DNA of 37,546 bases from a virus (taxonomy: Duplodnaviria; Heunggongvirae; Uroviricota; Caudoviricetes), in IMG/VR virus record IMGVR_UViG_2713896773_000006, positions 1 through 37,546 of that record; one strand, 5' to 3'. The position numbers were made by a program, and so were the translations under genes. Positions 1 through 7,722 of the stretch are shown piece after piece. Each line of letters starts with the position of its first letter. The first letter of the stretch is position 1. The notes beneath the pieces were generated by a model, which had not been told where the DNA came from, did not search any database, and saw only the letters and a program-made list of their open reading frames with translations.

Positions 1-474
1 ACATCCGCTGTGCACGTGGTCTTTCATAGCAGAACCACACATGCAGTAGTCATTGTCAGTATTACTAATGATGTCGATAAGTTGCTGTGTCCGTTGCTTC
101 AACATCGCATTCTCCGCCGCCAGCGCAGAAAACTTCTCGTGCGCCAACTTAACGGCTGCATCTGCCTGCCTCATTGCCTCCATTGCTTTCTCGTTATCAG
201 TTGCTAGCGCCGCGCACTTGGCTTCAAGTTCGGCAAACTTATCAGCCACTGATTTCGGCCCGTCTTCGCCGCAAGCCTGCATCATTGATGACTCCCATGC
301 TCTTTCTGCTGCTTCCGATAGCTTTAATTGCACTTCAAGTAATGCAATCTTTGATTCAAGCTCACCAAATTTACGCACCAGATATTCAGCGTTTGTTTCG
401 TTAACCTTTAAATCACATGGGATGCATTTACCTTTCAGAAAACCATCCATCTCAATTAGTGACATTTGTTTCAT
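1..474 (-). CDS. Ea22-like protein, partial (C-terminus runs off window start)
   Basis: Minus-strand translation from ATG at 474: [42 protein letters not shown]... open to position 1. N-terminus is paralogous to the ORF at 36224..36586. GGGAAG RBS-like upstream. Not in the ORF track because it is open at the edge. Confidence 0.5.
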   Translation of the reverse strand, partial: MKQMSLIEMDGFLKGKCIPCDLKVNETNAEYLVRKFGELESKIALLEVQLKLSEAAERAWESSMMQACGEDGPKSVADKFAELEAKCAALATDNEKAMEAMRQADAAVKLAHEKFSALAAENAMLKQRTQQLIDIISNTDNDYCMCGSAMKDHVHSGC

Positions 475-635
475 TTCTTCCCACTCCGCAACATTGCATT
501 CAGATATTTGTTTTGATTTACTGACGGAAAATAATTTCTCTTAAGCAATTCCTCTCTCGATGGCATTGGCTTTACGCGTTGGCGAATAATCATTTCTGCC
601 GGAAGAATGCCGGGATTGTATGCAAGCCCTCTCAT
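471..635 (-). CDS. small hypothetical protein (54 aa)
   Basis: Minus-strand [61 protein letters not shown]-overlapped with both neighbours. No family recognised. Confidence 0.25.
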   Translation of the reverse strand: MRGLAYNPGILPAEMIIRQRVKPMPSREELLKRNYFPSVNQNKYLNAMLRSGKK

Positions 636-913
636 GATTTACTCTCCACGAACTGGTCAACAGCCATGCTAAGTGACACACCTAAAGTCTCGATATGTTG
701 CTGAATATCCTGTAGCGTCTGCGCCTGAGATAACAGGATTTCACGGTTGCATAACTCTTTAACCAGATGCTCAAACTTGCTGTAATAACCGATACGACTT
801 AGTGTTTCTTTGCCTGCATTCTCGCATTCTTTGATAATTCCTCTTTCGCTAAGAATCAGATCGTGTTTTGTTCCGGTAATAACGTATTTGCCGAGGTCGA
901 TGTTTAGCTTCAT
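632..913 (-). CDS. hypothetical phage protein
   Basis: 93-aa ORF with ATG start and GGAG RBS 8 nt upstream; sits in the leftward early operon. No family recognised. Confidence 0.5.
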   Translation of the reverse strand: MKLNIDLGKYVITGTKHDLILSERGIIKECENAGKETLSRIGYYSKFEHLVKELCNREILLSQAQTLQDIQQHIETLGVSLSMAVDQFVESKS

Positions 914-929
914 TGTTAATTACTCCATG

Positions 930-1244
930 TTAATTTATTCGTATGCCTGCTCTTTCTTCATCGAGTTTTTTTAGCTTGTATCGCATAGCTCTCACTGAAT
1001 AAATTGAGCGGCAGGTTGCAATTGCTATTTCTTCTGCGGAGAACTTACCGAAAAGTGATACTTCGGCTCTTGTCCAGCGTCTTCCACGAAGTCGGCTAAC
1101 AATGTCAGCGCCAATCCTTGTTGCTTTCGCCATTACTGCTTTTTCAGTCCTTTCCAGTTTTTCTGCGATAACTTCAACTGGCATTGTCGCCGCTACCTCG
1201 CGCAAGAAATCGACTTCCCATTTCTCCCATGGAGTCTTTTTCAT
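930..1244 (-). CDS. hypothetical phage protein
   Basis: 104-aa ORF with ATG start in the leftward early operon; basic C-terminus. No family recognised. Confidence 0.45.
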   Translation of the reverse strand: MKKTPWEKWEVDFLREVAATMPVEVIAEKLERTEKAVMAKATRIGADIVSRLRGRRWTRAEVSLFGKFSAEEIAIATCRSIYSVRAMRYKLKKLDEERAGIRIN

Positions 1245-1255
1245 AGGCGATACCG

Positions 1256-1738
1256 TTATTTGATAAGAAGTGAAGGTTTCCCAACTTTGAGTTGAGCGCC
1301 GGGGATATTTATTCCTGCTTTTAGTTGGTGTTTGATTGCCAGTTTGTCGGCTTTAATTGTCGTTTCAAACTCAACGTATTCATGAGGAAGGGCGCTTGAG
1401 TCGATGATTTCTACAGTTTCTGACGGTTTGCGGATTGTTACCTGGTGAATACCTGCTCGAATCTTTTTCTTGCCAACCATTTCAAGCGATGACGCTATAT
1501 ACGCCATAATGCTGTCAATCTTATTTTGAATTACTACGGCTCGCTCATTTAGTGACTTTGCCTCTTCCTTGAGGCGTTCAGCATAACCAGATTCATTTTT
1601 AATAATGGCGAGAAGTTGCTCTATTTTATCGGTAAATTCTCCTTCCATGCCTTCTATTGTGTCAGCAATCATCTCTGGCTCTAAATCTGAATCCATCAAT
1701 TTTGCGTATTCATTGGCAATTTCATATAGTTTGCTCAC
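1256..1738 (-). CDS. Gp157-family protein (siphovirus Gp157-like), recombination-module associated
   Basis: About 160 aa, acidic/helical, immediately downstream of recT; family assignment is from memory. Track start at 1744 is TTG; GTG at 1738 has a GGAGG RBS 6 nt upstream and is preferred. Confidence 0.5.
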   Translation of the reverse strand: MSKLYEIANEYAKLMDSDLEPEMIADTIEGMEGEFTDKIEQLLAIIKNESGYAERLKEEAKSLNERAVVIQNKIDSIMAYIASSLEMVGKKKIRAGIHQVTIRKPSETVEIIDSSALPHEYVEFETTIKADKLAIKHQLKAGINIPGAQLKVGKPSLLIK

Positions 1739-2636
1739 TGGCAACCTCCAGTTTCGCTTTGCATTCTATGTAAATGGCTTGTACGTTCTGCTGCAATTTC
1801 ATTCCAGATGTCAGGCGATATGCTTCTGCAAAATATCGCTTCAAATCATCCATGTTTTCTGCCTGAGCCATTTCATCACAAAGAAGTTGTGCTTTTTCCA
1901 TTATTTCCTGCTGGCGTTTCCGTTCATCTTCGCGGATATCTTCCTCTGATTTGTGCGGCATAACTGGTTCAGTCCACACACCTTCTTCTTCGTTTAGTAC
2001 GTGAATAGCACTATCAAGACGTGATGCCTTAGGCCAATACTTGCTTGCACGCTTTACGACCGTCTTTCGCGCCATCTCATTCCAGTGATTTACCCATGGT
2101 CCTTTATCGCTGAATGCTGCCTTGCTTGTTTTCCTTACAGCCTCAATTTCAGCCAGACTCATCTCTTCCGTTAGATAATCACCTGCTGGCGTCTTAACTG
2201 TGCAGTAAACGCCAACGATATCACCACGATCACCGAAGGCGTTGTATTTATGGGTTGGTGCTTTATCAAGCCCGTTTGACTCATAGGTATCGTTAGCATG
2301 AACAAGTTTTGCCTGACCCCATGAGATAACACCAGACTCCATTGCAATATGGAGCAATCCCATATAGCTGATATCAAGGCAAACCATGCCGTCGCGCGGA
2401 ACCAGATAAGCCAGTTTGCTGGCCGGGTTTAAGGTGATGCCGATCGCCGCAACGTTGATGATAGCGTTCTGTGCGCTGGTCGGATTTGCCAGTGCTGTTT
2501 TAGCCAGGTAATCATTTTTCTGGAAATACTGAATTGCAAATTGGCTTTCCTTAGCCCATGTGACTGATTGGTCTGTAACCGCCCCAACAAAGAGCGGCTC
2601 TTGCTGTTTAACGAACTCAACAATGCTCATGCTCAT
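1722..2636 (-). CDS. recT: RecT-family single-strand annealing recombinase
   Basis: 304 aa; segment GPWVNHWNEMARKTVVKRASKYWP matches the conserved RecT block (E. coli RecT GPWVTHWEEMAKKTAIRRLFKYLP, recalled). GAGGGA RBS. Confidence 0.85.
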   Translation of the reverse strand: MSMSIVEFVKQQEPLFVGAVTDQSVTWAKESQFAIQYFQKNDYLAKTALANPTSAQNAIINVAAIGITLNPASKLAYLVPRDGMVCLDISYMGLLHIAMESGVISWGQAKLVHANDTYESNGLDKAPTHKYNAFGDRGDIVGVYCTVKTPAGDYLTEEMSLAEIEAVRKTSKAAFSDKGPWVNHWNEMARKTVVKRASKYWPKASRLDSAIHVLNEEEGVWTEPVMPHKSEEDIREDERKRQQEIMEKAQLLCDEMAQAENMDDLKRYFAEAYRLTSGMKLQQNVQAIYIECKAKLEVASEQTI

Positions 2637-2638
2637 CG

Positions 2639-2935
2639 TTACTGTCCCTCATCAATATCTGTTTGGTGGCGAGCAATTGTCTCTGCCATGTAGCGAATAA
2701 ATTCAGCGGCCCTTTCCTGAAACTCGACGTCATCATCGAATGCTTTGGAAATGGCATTCTTGCTGGCCCCGCGACGTTGCAACTCGTCAACGCACAACGA
2801 TTCCAGTTTGCTCTGTGGCAATCCTTTTTCGAGGTCATCAGCCAGTTCAGATTCACGCTCTTCTCTGGCTATTTGCTGATAATGGCGCGTCCAGTTCTGC
2901 GCCTCGATACGGTCTTGAACGAGATATGCAGCCAT
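2639..2935 (-). CDS. gam: Gam-like host nuclease (RecBCD) inhibitor
   Basis: From internal ATG at 2935 (AGGAG RBS): [98 protein letters not shown] (98 aa), close to the recalled lambda Gam short form. The upstream 43 codons of the track ORF are probably not translated. Confidence 0.8.
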   Translation of the reverse strand: MAAYLVQDRIEAQNWTRHYQQIAREERESELADDLEKGLPQSKLESLCVDELQRRGASKNAISKAFDDDVEFQERAAEFIRYMAETIARHQTDIDEGQ

Positions 2936-3014
2936 AATAGGCTCCTGAAATTTGGTTGTGCGCTGCCCGTCTGCGATAGCCGGACGAGTAGGGGTAATGG
3001 GTGTTTGGTGTGGT

Positions 3015-3257
3015 TTACTTGCCGAGTGCCTTGTCGATGGCGGAACGAGCCATATCAAACTCATCTGTTTGACGGTCTGCTACTCTAACTACAGCCTGCA
3101 GAGCTTCCAGTAATTCAGGCGCTGCAGTAATGAGAGTCTTGTTTTCCTTTCTCGTCATTTCAAGTGGATATCCCTTTCCAAAGACTATGTGATGCTTGTT
3201 TCCCAAGCCCTCTTCATCCCAAAACCACGGACCGGGAGTTCCTTTAAATTCGCTCAT
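3015..3257 (-). CDS. hypothetical protein, [16 protein letters not shown] family (paralog A)
   Basis: 80 aa, [11 protein letters not shown]...[10 protein letters not shown]...KALGK; paralogous to the ORF at 3903..4190. Lies between kil-like and gam. Confidence 0.55.
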   Translation of the reverse strand: MSEFKGTPGPWFWDEEGLGNKHHIVFGKGYPLEMTRKENKTLITAAPELLEALQAVVRVADRQTDEFDMARSAIDKALGK

Positions 3258-3260
3258 AAC

Positions 3261-3410
3261 TCACTTCCTGTGCCACGGAAAACCAATTGCCGCCTTCATA
3301 TCGTTGTAGGCTGACATCCACATTTCACTATCACCAATAAATCGGGCTATTACTGCTTTGTTCTGTGCAGCACGAAGCATCTGGTGATTAATGGCTATTT
3401 CATTGTGCAT
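3261..3410 (-). CDS. kil: Kil-like small protein (putative host cell-division inhibitor)
   Basis: 49-aa ORF below the track cutoff: MHNEIAINHQMLRAAQNKAVIARFIGDSEMWMSAYNDMKAAIGFPWHRK. GGAGG RBS. Resembles lambda Kil (FIGD... core, recalled) and sits where kil sits between cIII and gam. Confidence 0.4.
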   Translation of the reverse strand: MHNEIAINHQMLRAAQNKAVIARFIGDSEMWMSAYNDMKAAIGFPWHRK

Positions 3411-3529
3411 AACGCCTCCAGTTGTTTCTTTGCTGCTCTGATTAATTGTTTAACTCGGCGTGATAATTCAGATTCGTGCGGGTAGAAAGCGGACATGACG
3501 CCGCTACCCGCGAGCTGAAAGTGCATCAT
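3395..3529 (-). CDS. cIII: CIII-like protein (putative FtsH inhibitor stabilising CII)
   Basis: 44-aa ORF from ATG at 3529 with AAGGAG RBS: MMHFQLAGSGVMSAFYPHESELSRRVKQLIRAAKKQLEALCTMK. Same pattern as lambda CIII (AG...PSESLLERI.RKL, recalled). The 79-aa track ORF has no RBS for its longer start. Confidence 0.5.
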   Translation of the reverse strand: MMHFQLAGSGVMSAFYPHESELSRRVKQLIRAAKKQLEALCTMK

Positions 3530-3592
3530 GGGTAACTCCTTATATTTGATTGCATAACGAAAACGCCTCAAGTGAAGCGTTATTGGTATGCA

Positions 3593-3619
3593 TATAAAAA
3601 AGCCCTCACACTGGAGGGC
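3593..3619 (-). terminator. putative intrinsic terminator inside the leftward early operon
   Basis: Minus strand: GCCCTC-cagtgt-GAGGGC hairpin followed by TTTTTTAT. Confidence 0.4.
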
Positions 3620-3714
3620 AAAGAAGATTTCCAATAATCAGAACAAGTCGGCTACTGTTTAGTTACGAGCGACATTGCTCCGTGTATTCACTCGTTGGAA
3701 TGAATACACAGTGC

Positions 3715-3903
3715 TTATTCGTCATGCATTTCAGGTAATTCTTCGTATTCGACTCCCCATACGAGTTTACACCAAGTGACTCGCTCATATCTTTTACAAA
3801 AATCAGACCACATAACTTGTGTTCCATCATGGTTTGTTATTACTTCTGTAATATCACCAACACTAACAAAACTGGTATTAGAAGCAGTTATTTTTACTTT
3901 CAT
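3715..3903 (-). CDS. hypothetical small protein
   Basis: 62-aa ORF with ATG start, TAATG-coupled to the upstream gene. Confidence 0.4.
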   Translation of the reverse strand: MKVKITASNTSFVSVGDITEVITNHDGTQVMWSDFCKRYERVTWCKLVWGVEYEELPEMHDE

Positions 3904-4190
3904 TACTTATCCCCAAGAGCTTTTCTGATTGCTGCAAGACCTTTATTAACAGCTTCATACCATTCTGGATATGTTGTCGTTGTTCTATTTTTGGATTGCT
4001 TAAGTAATAACTGAAGTGCTTCGAGAAGGTCAGGTGCTGCCGCTATCAGTAGCGCATCCTCCCTTTCATTTCTTGTTGCTGCTTCAATGTATGTGTCACC
4101 AATCGTCACACCATGGAACGTAGTCATCATCTCGTTGACGTTTCTAACCGTGTACTTCCATTTACCAGGCGTACCCTTAAACTCTTTCAT
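3903..4190 (-). CDS. hypothetical protein, [16 protein letters not shown] family (paralog B)
   Basis: MKEFKGTPGKW...AAPDLLEALQ...KALGDK. ATG at 4190 with GAGGTG RBS preferred over the GTG track start at 4196. Confidence 0.55.
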   Translation of the reverse strand: MKEFKGTPGKWKYTVRNVNEMMTTFHGVTIGDTYIEAATRNEREDALLIAAAPDLLEALQLLLKQSKNRTTTTYPEWYEAVNKGLAAIRKALGDK

Positions 4191-4221
4191 ATCCACCTCT
4201 GTTGTTTATGCCAAAATAATT

Positions 4222-4464
4222 TTAACCATCAACAAACTCTTCTGGTAATTTATCAACCAGTTGATGACTTATTATCAGCCATTTGCCATCCTTCGTTTCG
4301 TATGCATATTTCTGGTCTTTTATCATCATGTGTTCGGCTACTGCCCTAACTGCCTGATCGGTGACATCTTCTCTCTTTCCTACCCACATTCCTTTTTCAG
4401 TGTTTAATGTTCCTTGAAAAATACGACCGCTTAATGGGCTTGCGCCCATAGTTTTTACTCTCAT
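4222..4464 (-). CDS. hypothetical protein
   Basis: 80-aa ORF with ATG start in the leftward operon. Confidence 0.4.
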   Translation of the reverse strand: MRVKTMGASPLSGRIFQGTLNTEKGMWVGKREDVTDQAVRAVAEHMMIKDQKYAYETKDGKWLIISHQLVDKLPEEFVDG

Positions 4465-4528
4465 GTATCAGCTCTCAAATAATTGGTTTGCTGCCAAAAC
4501 AATGAACCATCCGGAAATTCCAGATAGT

Positions 4529-4753
4529 TCATAATTCACTCTTCAATACTTCCAACTTACTAATCGCCGATAGATATCCGCGCTGATAGGGCATCATCAT
4601 TCCTTCGAGCTTGCCACTTCTTAACTCCTCCCTGAGCAATTGTATTGCTTGATCAATAACCTCTGCCTTAGCGTCCTTTATGGCTTGCTTGCGGGGCTTT
4701 GCTTTCTGCTTTGGCAGATTTCTCAAGCATGATGGAATGTATGTTTGATTCAT
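4529..4753 (-). CDS. hypothetical protein
   Basis: 74 aa from ATG at 4753 (GAGG RBS; track start 4756 is GTG). First intact ORF downstream of the N-like remnant. Confidence 0.45.
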   Translation of the reverse strand: MNQTYIPSCLRNLPKQKAKPRKQAIKDAKAEVIDQAIQLLREELRSGKLEGMMMPYQRGYLSAISKLEVLKSEL

Positions 4754-4756
4754 CAC

Positions 4757-4990
4757 TTACCTCGCTGTAACCTGCTTACTTGTACGATGACCAGCTGCGA
4801 AAAGCGCAACTTCTGGCAGGCAGACAGTACCACTCTTCAAATCAGCCTCCTTTTTCTTTTTCTATATCAAAAAGCTGCTTTGCTTTTGCGACTAAAAGCA
4901 AAAAAGCCTTCTCGCTAATGAGCAGCATTGCCGTTCATCCTGAACCCGCCGCGCTCCCGACGCATGGTTTAATGTCGCGCCGTTCGACAT
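4757..4990 (-). pseudogene. N-like (P22 gene 24-like) antiterminator remnant, reading frame interrupted
   Basis: The last 33 codons in one frame (...KSGTVCLPEVALFAAGHRTSKQVTAR*, stop at 4757-4759) resemble the recalled C-terminus of P22 gp24. Upstream that frame hits TAG at 4862-4864; other pieces (MRRERGGFRM..., MLLISEKAF...EKEKGG*) lie in the other two frames. No ORF of 60 codons or more. Confidence 0.4.
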
Positions 4991-4999
4991 GGCTTAACT

Positions 5000-5045
5000 A
5001 TATCCAAAGCTATTATTTCTGTAAATAGCTATAGTTATAAAATAA
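5000..5045. promoter_or_regulatory. putative OL-type operator region (leftward early promoter)
   Basis: Palindrome AAAGCTATT-n9-AATAGCT at 5006-5032 shares the AGCTATT/AATAGCT half-site with the cI-cro intergenic region. Confidence 0.4.
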
Positions 5046-5121
5046 CTACTTTGGTTATTTAGTTGTTGATATATAATGTAATTTATTTTTCTTGAGTGTG
5101 ATGTTTGGTGTGTTTTGGGCA

Positions 5122-5147
5122 ATAAAAAACCCGCAAAAAGCGGGTTT
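5122..5147 (-). terminator. intrinsic terminator downstream of the repressor gene
   Basis: Minus strand: AAACCCGC-ttttt-GCGGGTTT hairpin followed by TTTTTAT, directly 3' of the cI stop. Confidence 0.55.
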
Positions 5148-5164
5148 GTTGTGGTGTGATGAGG

Positions 5165-5896
5165 TTAGTAATCAACTACAGACCACCAGAAAATTCTTCC
5201 GATGATCTCAATGTCACTTAGATTCTTTTCTTCTTGTGGGTATTCCAGTGAGTTAAAGCTTCTAATGCTTACCTTGTCAGGCCCTGTTCGAAAGAGAATC
5301 TTAATGCGTTTCCAACCGTTCTCGTTAATGGCGTAAATCTTTCCGTCAACTATTTTCTTATCGTTGGTGTTAACAGCAACTGTTGTTCCATCAGGAATGT
5401 TTGGCTCCATGCTGTTGCCACGAGCCGGAAAACAAACAACCCCGCTTCCATCACTGTTCGCGCCAACTCTGCGAAGGGTTGATTTGGAAAAGCGCAACAT
5501 AAAGCCGTTGTGATCTTCATCAATCACCCGACCATCCCCGCATGCAAACTCAATATCTTTAAGGTAAGGAATTTCAACTTCATCACCTCTTAAAGGCGTT
5601 TCTCCATCCCATGGGTCCAAACATCCCCACGTGCTTTCATGAGGAATAGAAGATTTTGGATCATAAGGTTCAACTCCCTCATCACGCATTGGCCCAGTTC
5701 CATCGGAAAGCCATTCCGTACGAACTCCAAGCACTTTTGATATTTCAAAAAGTTTGCGCGTATTGCGTGTTTTTCCAGACGTAAGTTTCCAGACGCTTGG
5801 CTGAGACATGCCAACAGCATTGCCAAGAGAAGCCTGAGTAAACCCAGCCTGATCCATCGCGTATGTAAGCCTTTGAGAAAAAGTATCTAGTTTCAT
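5165..5896 (-). CDS. cI: CI-type prophage repressor (HTH N-terminus, S24 LexA-like autocleavage domain)
   Basis: 243 aa. N-terminal HTH (QASLGNAVGMSQPSVWKL), C-terminal Ser/Lys dyad context (GNSMEPNIPDG ... NGWKRIKIL). Divergent from cro, as in lambdoid immunity regions. Confidence 0.9.
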   Translation of the reverse strand: MKLDTFSQRLTYAMDQAGFTQASLGNAVGMSQPSVWKLTSGKTRNTRKLFEISKVLGVRTEWLSDGTGPMRDEGVEPYDPKSSIPHESTWGCLDPWDGETPLRGDEVEIPYLKDIEFACGDGRVIDEDHNGFMLRFSKSTLRRVGANSDGSGVVCFPARGNSMEPNIPDGTTVAVNTNDKKIVDGKIYAINENGWKRIKILFRTGPDKVSIRSFNSLEYPQEEKNLSDIEIIGRIFWWSVVDY

Positions 5897-5899
5897 TCG

Positions 5900-5990
5900 G
5901 ACAACCTATAGCTACAGCTATTATTAGTCAAATATCTAAAGCTATTTACTTTCTGAATAGCTTTGGCTATTATTCTTGTTGTGAATTCAG
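5900..5990. promoter_or_regulatory. putative OR operators / PR-PRM region
   Basis: Between divergent cI and cro: AAAGCTATT-n9-AATAGCTTT palindrome at 5938-5964, plus ATAGCT-ac-AGCTAT at 5907-5920 and a GGCTATTATT repeat. Promoter hexamers not confidently assigned. Confidence 0.5.
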
Positions 5991-6004
5991 CAGGAGTTAT
6001 TTTT

Positions 6005-6235
6005 ATGGTCAACAAGGCTATTAAAGCGGCTATTGACTCAGTAGGAAGTCAGCAAAAGTTAGCTGATGCCTGCGGTGTTAAGCAGCCGTCTGTATGGGCT
6101 TGGTTGCATGGGAAGAAAAGGGTATCCGCTAAAAATGCCAAGCGCATTGAAATGGCTACCAATGGAAGCATCCCTGCATACCTGATTCGCCCTGATTTAT
6201 CCGATTTGTTCCCCAATCCGAACAAAGCAGCTTAA
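6005..6235 (+). CDS. cro: Cro-like repressor
   Basis: 76 aa from ATG at 6005 (AGGAG RBS 9 nt upstream): MVNKAIKAAIDSVGSQQKLADACGVKQPSVWAWLHGKKRVSAKNAKRIEMATNGSIPAYL... with an HTH. Track start 5963 lacks an RBS. Confidence 0.7.
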   Translation: MVNKAIKAAIDSVGSQQKLADACGVKQPSVWAWLHGKKRVSAKNAKRIEMATNGSIPAYLIRPDLSDLFPNPNKAA

Positions 6236-6354
6236 TAAAGCAAATTTTTATACCGAACGGCCCGGTATACGGTCGGGTGCCCGGCGTGGTCAAGGATGAC
6301 TGTCAATGGTGCACGATAAAAAACCAAATTATTTACCTATGGAGATAGTAAGAA

Positions 6355-6651
6355 ATGACACAAACAAGTTACAGCAAGCCAACACAGCGAGAAATTGATC
6401 GCGCTGAAACTGATTTACTCATCAACCTGTCAACGCTTACCCAGCGCGGTCTGGCAAAGATGATTGGCTGTCATGAATCGAAGATAAGCAGAACGGACTG
6501 GAGATTTATTGCTTCGGTCTTGTGTGCTTTTGGAATGGCATCAGACATCAGTCCGATTAGCATGGCTTTTAAGTATGCGCTTGATGAAATCACAAAGAAA
6601 AAATCCCCGGCCGCCACCGAGGATTTTAAGCAAATTGATATGCAATTCTGA
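6355..6651 (+). CDS. cII: CII-like transcriptional activator
   Basis: 98 aa; C-terminus KKKSPAATEDFKQIDMQF parallels lambda CII KKRPAATERSEQIQMEF (recalled); HTH in the middle. GGAGA RBS. Confidence 0.8.
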   Translation: MTQTSYSKPTQREIDRAETDLLINLSTLTQRGLAKMIGCHESKISRTDWRFIASVLCAFGMASDISPISMAFKYALDEITKKKSPAATEDFKQIDMQF

Positions 6652-6683
6652 GGGAATTACTGGATCAATCCACAGGAGTAATT

Positions 6684-6845
6684 ATGACAAAACGTCGTAA
6701 GAAATACCAGGAAAAAGAAGAGATTCGACACCCTGATTCACCTGAGGGATTAGTGGTAGCCGCAGCAAATAACAGGGCTTTCGCAGAGCGCCTTGTTGGT
6801 GTTTACAGACTAGCCAAAGCAGGAGTGAAACATGGGCGTCGTTAA
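6684..6845 (+). CDS. small hypothetical basic protein (53 aa)
   Basis: MTKRRKKYQEKEEIRHPDSPEGLVVAAANNRAFAERLVGVYRLAKAGVKHGRR; AGGAG RBS. Below the ORF-track cutoff. Confidence 0.3.
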   Translation: MTKRRKKYQEKEEIRHPDSPEGLVVAAANNRAFAERLVGVYRLAKAGVKHGRR

Positions 6846-7722
6846 GTTAGCTGATTACAGGCATAACCCTGTACAACATCAGGAGGCATCCAGTATGGGG
6901 TATGTCTCTATACACCGCCAGTTTATGGACAGCAGGCTCTATAAGGACTCTCAGGCAGTACATCTTTGGCTTCACTTAATCCTCAAGGCTAATCACGAAT
7001 CTACTGTCGTCAATACGGATATCGGTCCGATAACTGTTGATCGCGGTCAGATGATAACTGGACGCCCGTCGCTGGTCAGAGAAACATTCATCCCCGACAA
7101 CAAAGTTAGGAGCTTATTACGGACTTTTGAGTCGAAAGGGATGCTTAATATTTGCTCGATGGGGAAGAAATTTAGCCTGTTTACAATCGTTAAATATGAC
7201 GATTTTCAGGCAAAAAATTGTCCAACGGTTGTCCAACGGTTGTCCAACGCAAACACCAGTAATGGCGCGGCTCTCAGCGGAGATTGTCCAACGGTTGTCC
7301 AACGGTTGTCCATAAACAATAATATAAATAATATCTCTAATACTGACGTATTAGAGAGTGCCACAGCAGACAAAAAGTCTGACAAGAAAAAACCTTCCGT
7401 CAGCTGTCAGGATGTTGTCGATGCTTACCACGAAATCCTTCCTGAAGCGCCAAGAATCCGCGCACTGAATGACAAGCGTAAAAACCAGATCCGAACGTTC
7501 TGGCGCAAAGCCGGAGTGATAACCCGCCAGCTTGACGGGCATGGGTTCACGATGCAGGACTGGAGAAATTATTTGAGCTACGTAGGCGAAAATTGCCGAT
7601 GGATGTTCGAAGAGCGCCCAAACCATCAACGCGGAACCGTCTGGCACAAAAAGGGATTTGATTTCCTGCTTAACGACAATACCTACCTGAAAGTTCGTGA
7701 GGGTGAACACGATGACCGATAA
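6832..7722 (+). CDS. replication initiator (lambda O-like / P22 gp18-like), iterons embedded
   Basis: 296 aa directly upstream of, and overlapping, the DnaB-type helicase gene. The central coding region carries direct repeats, as ori does inside lambda O. Alternative start ATG 6895 has a GGAGG RBS. Confidence 0.7.
   Translation: MGVVKLADYRHNPVQHQEASSMGYVSIHRQFMDSRLYKDSQAVHLWLHLILKANHESTVVNTDIGPITVDRGQMITGRPSLVRETFIPDNKVRSLLRTFESKGMLNICSMGKKFSLFTIVKYDDFQAKNCPTVVQRLSNANTSNGAALSGDCPTVVQRLSINNNINNISNTDVLESATADKKSDKKKPSVSCQDVVDAYHEILPEAPRIRALNDKRKNQIRTFWRKAGVITRQLDGHGFTMQDWRNYLSYVGENCRWMFEERPNHQRGTVWHKKGFDFLLNDNTYLKVREGEHDDR
7218..7345. repeat. candidate replication origin: about six TTGTCCAACGG iterons in two clusters plus an AT-rich tract
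   Basis: Directly visible: TTGTCCAACGG at 7218, 7229, 7240 (variant), 7284, 7295, 7306 (partial), then ATAAACAATAATATAAATAATATCTCTAATA. Confidence 0.6.

Noticed and set aside
53-544. 163-aa plus-strand ORF rich in Ser/Ala/Leu
   Set aside because: Low-complexity translation antisense to the Ea22-like gene, which has a coherent product and RBS on the minus strand; no RBS.
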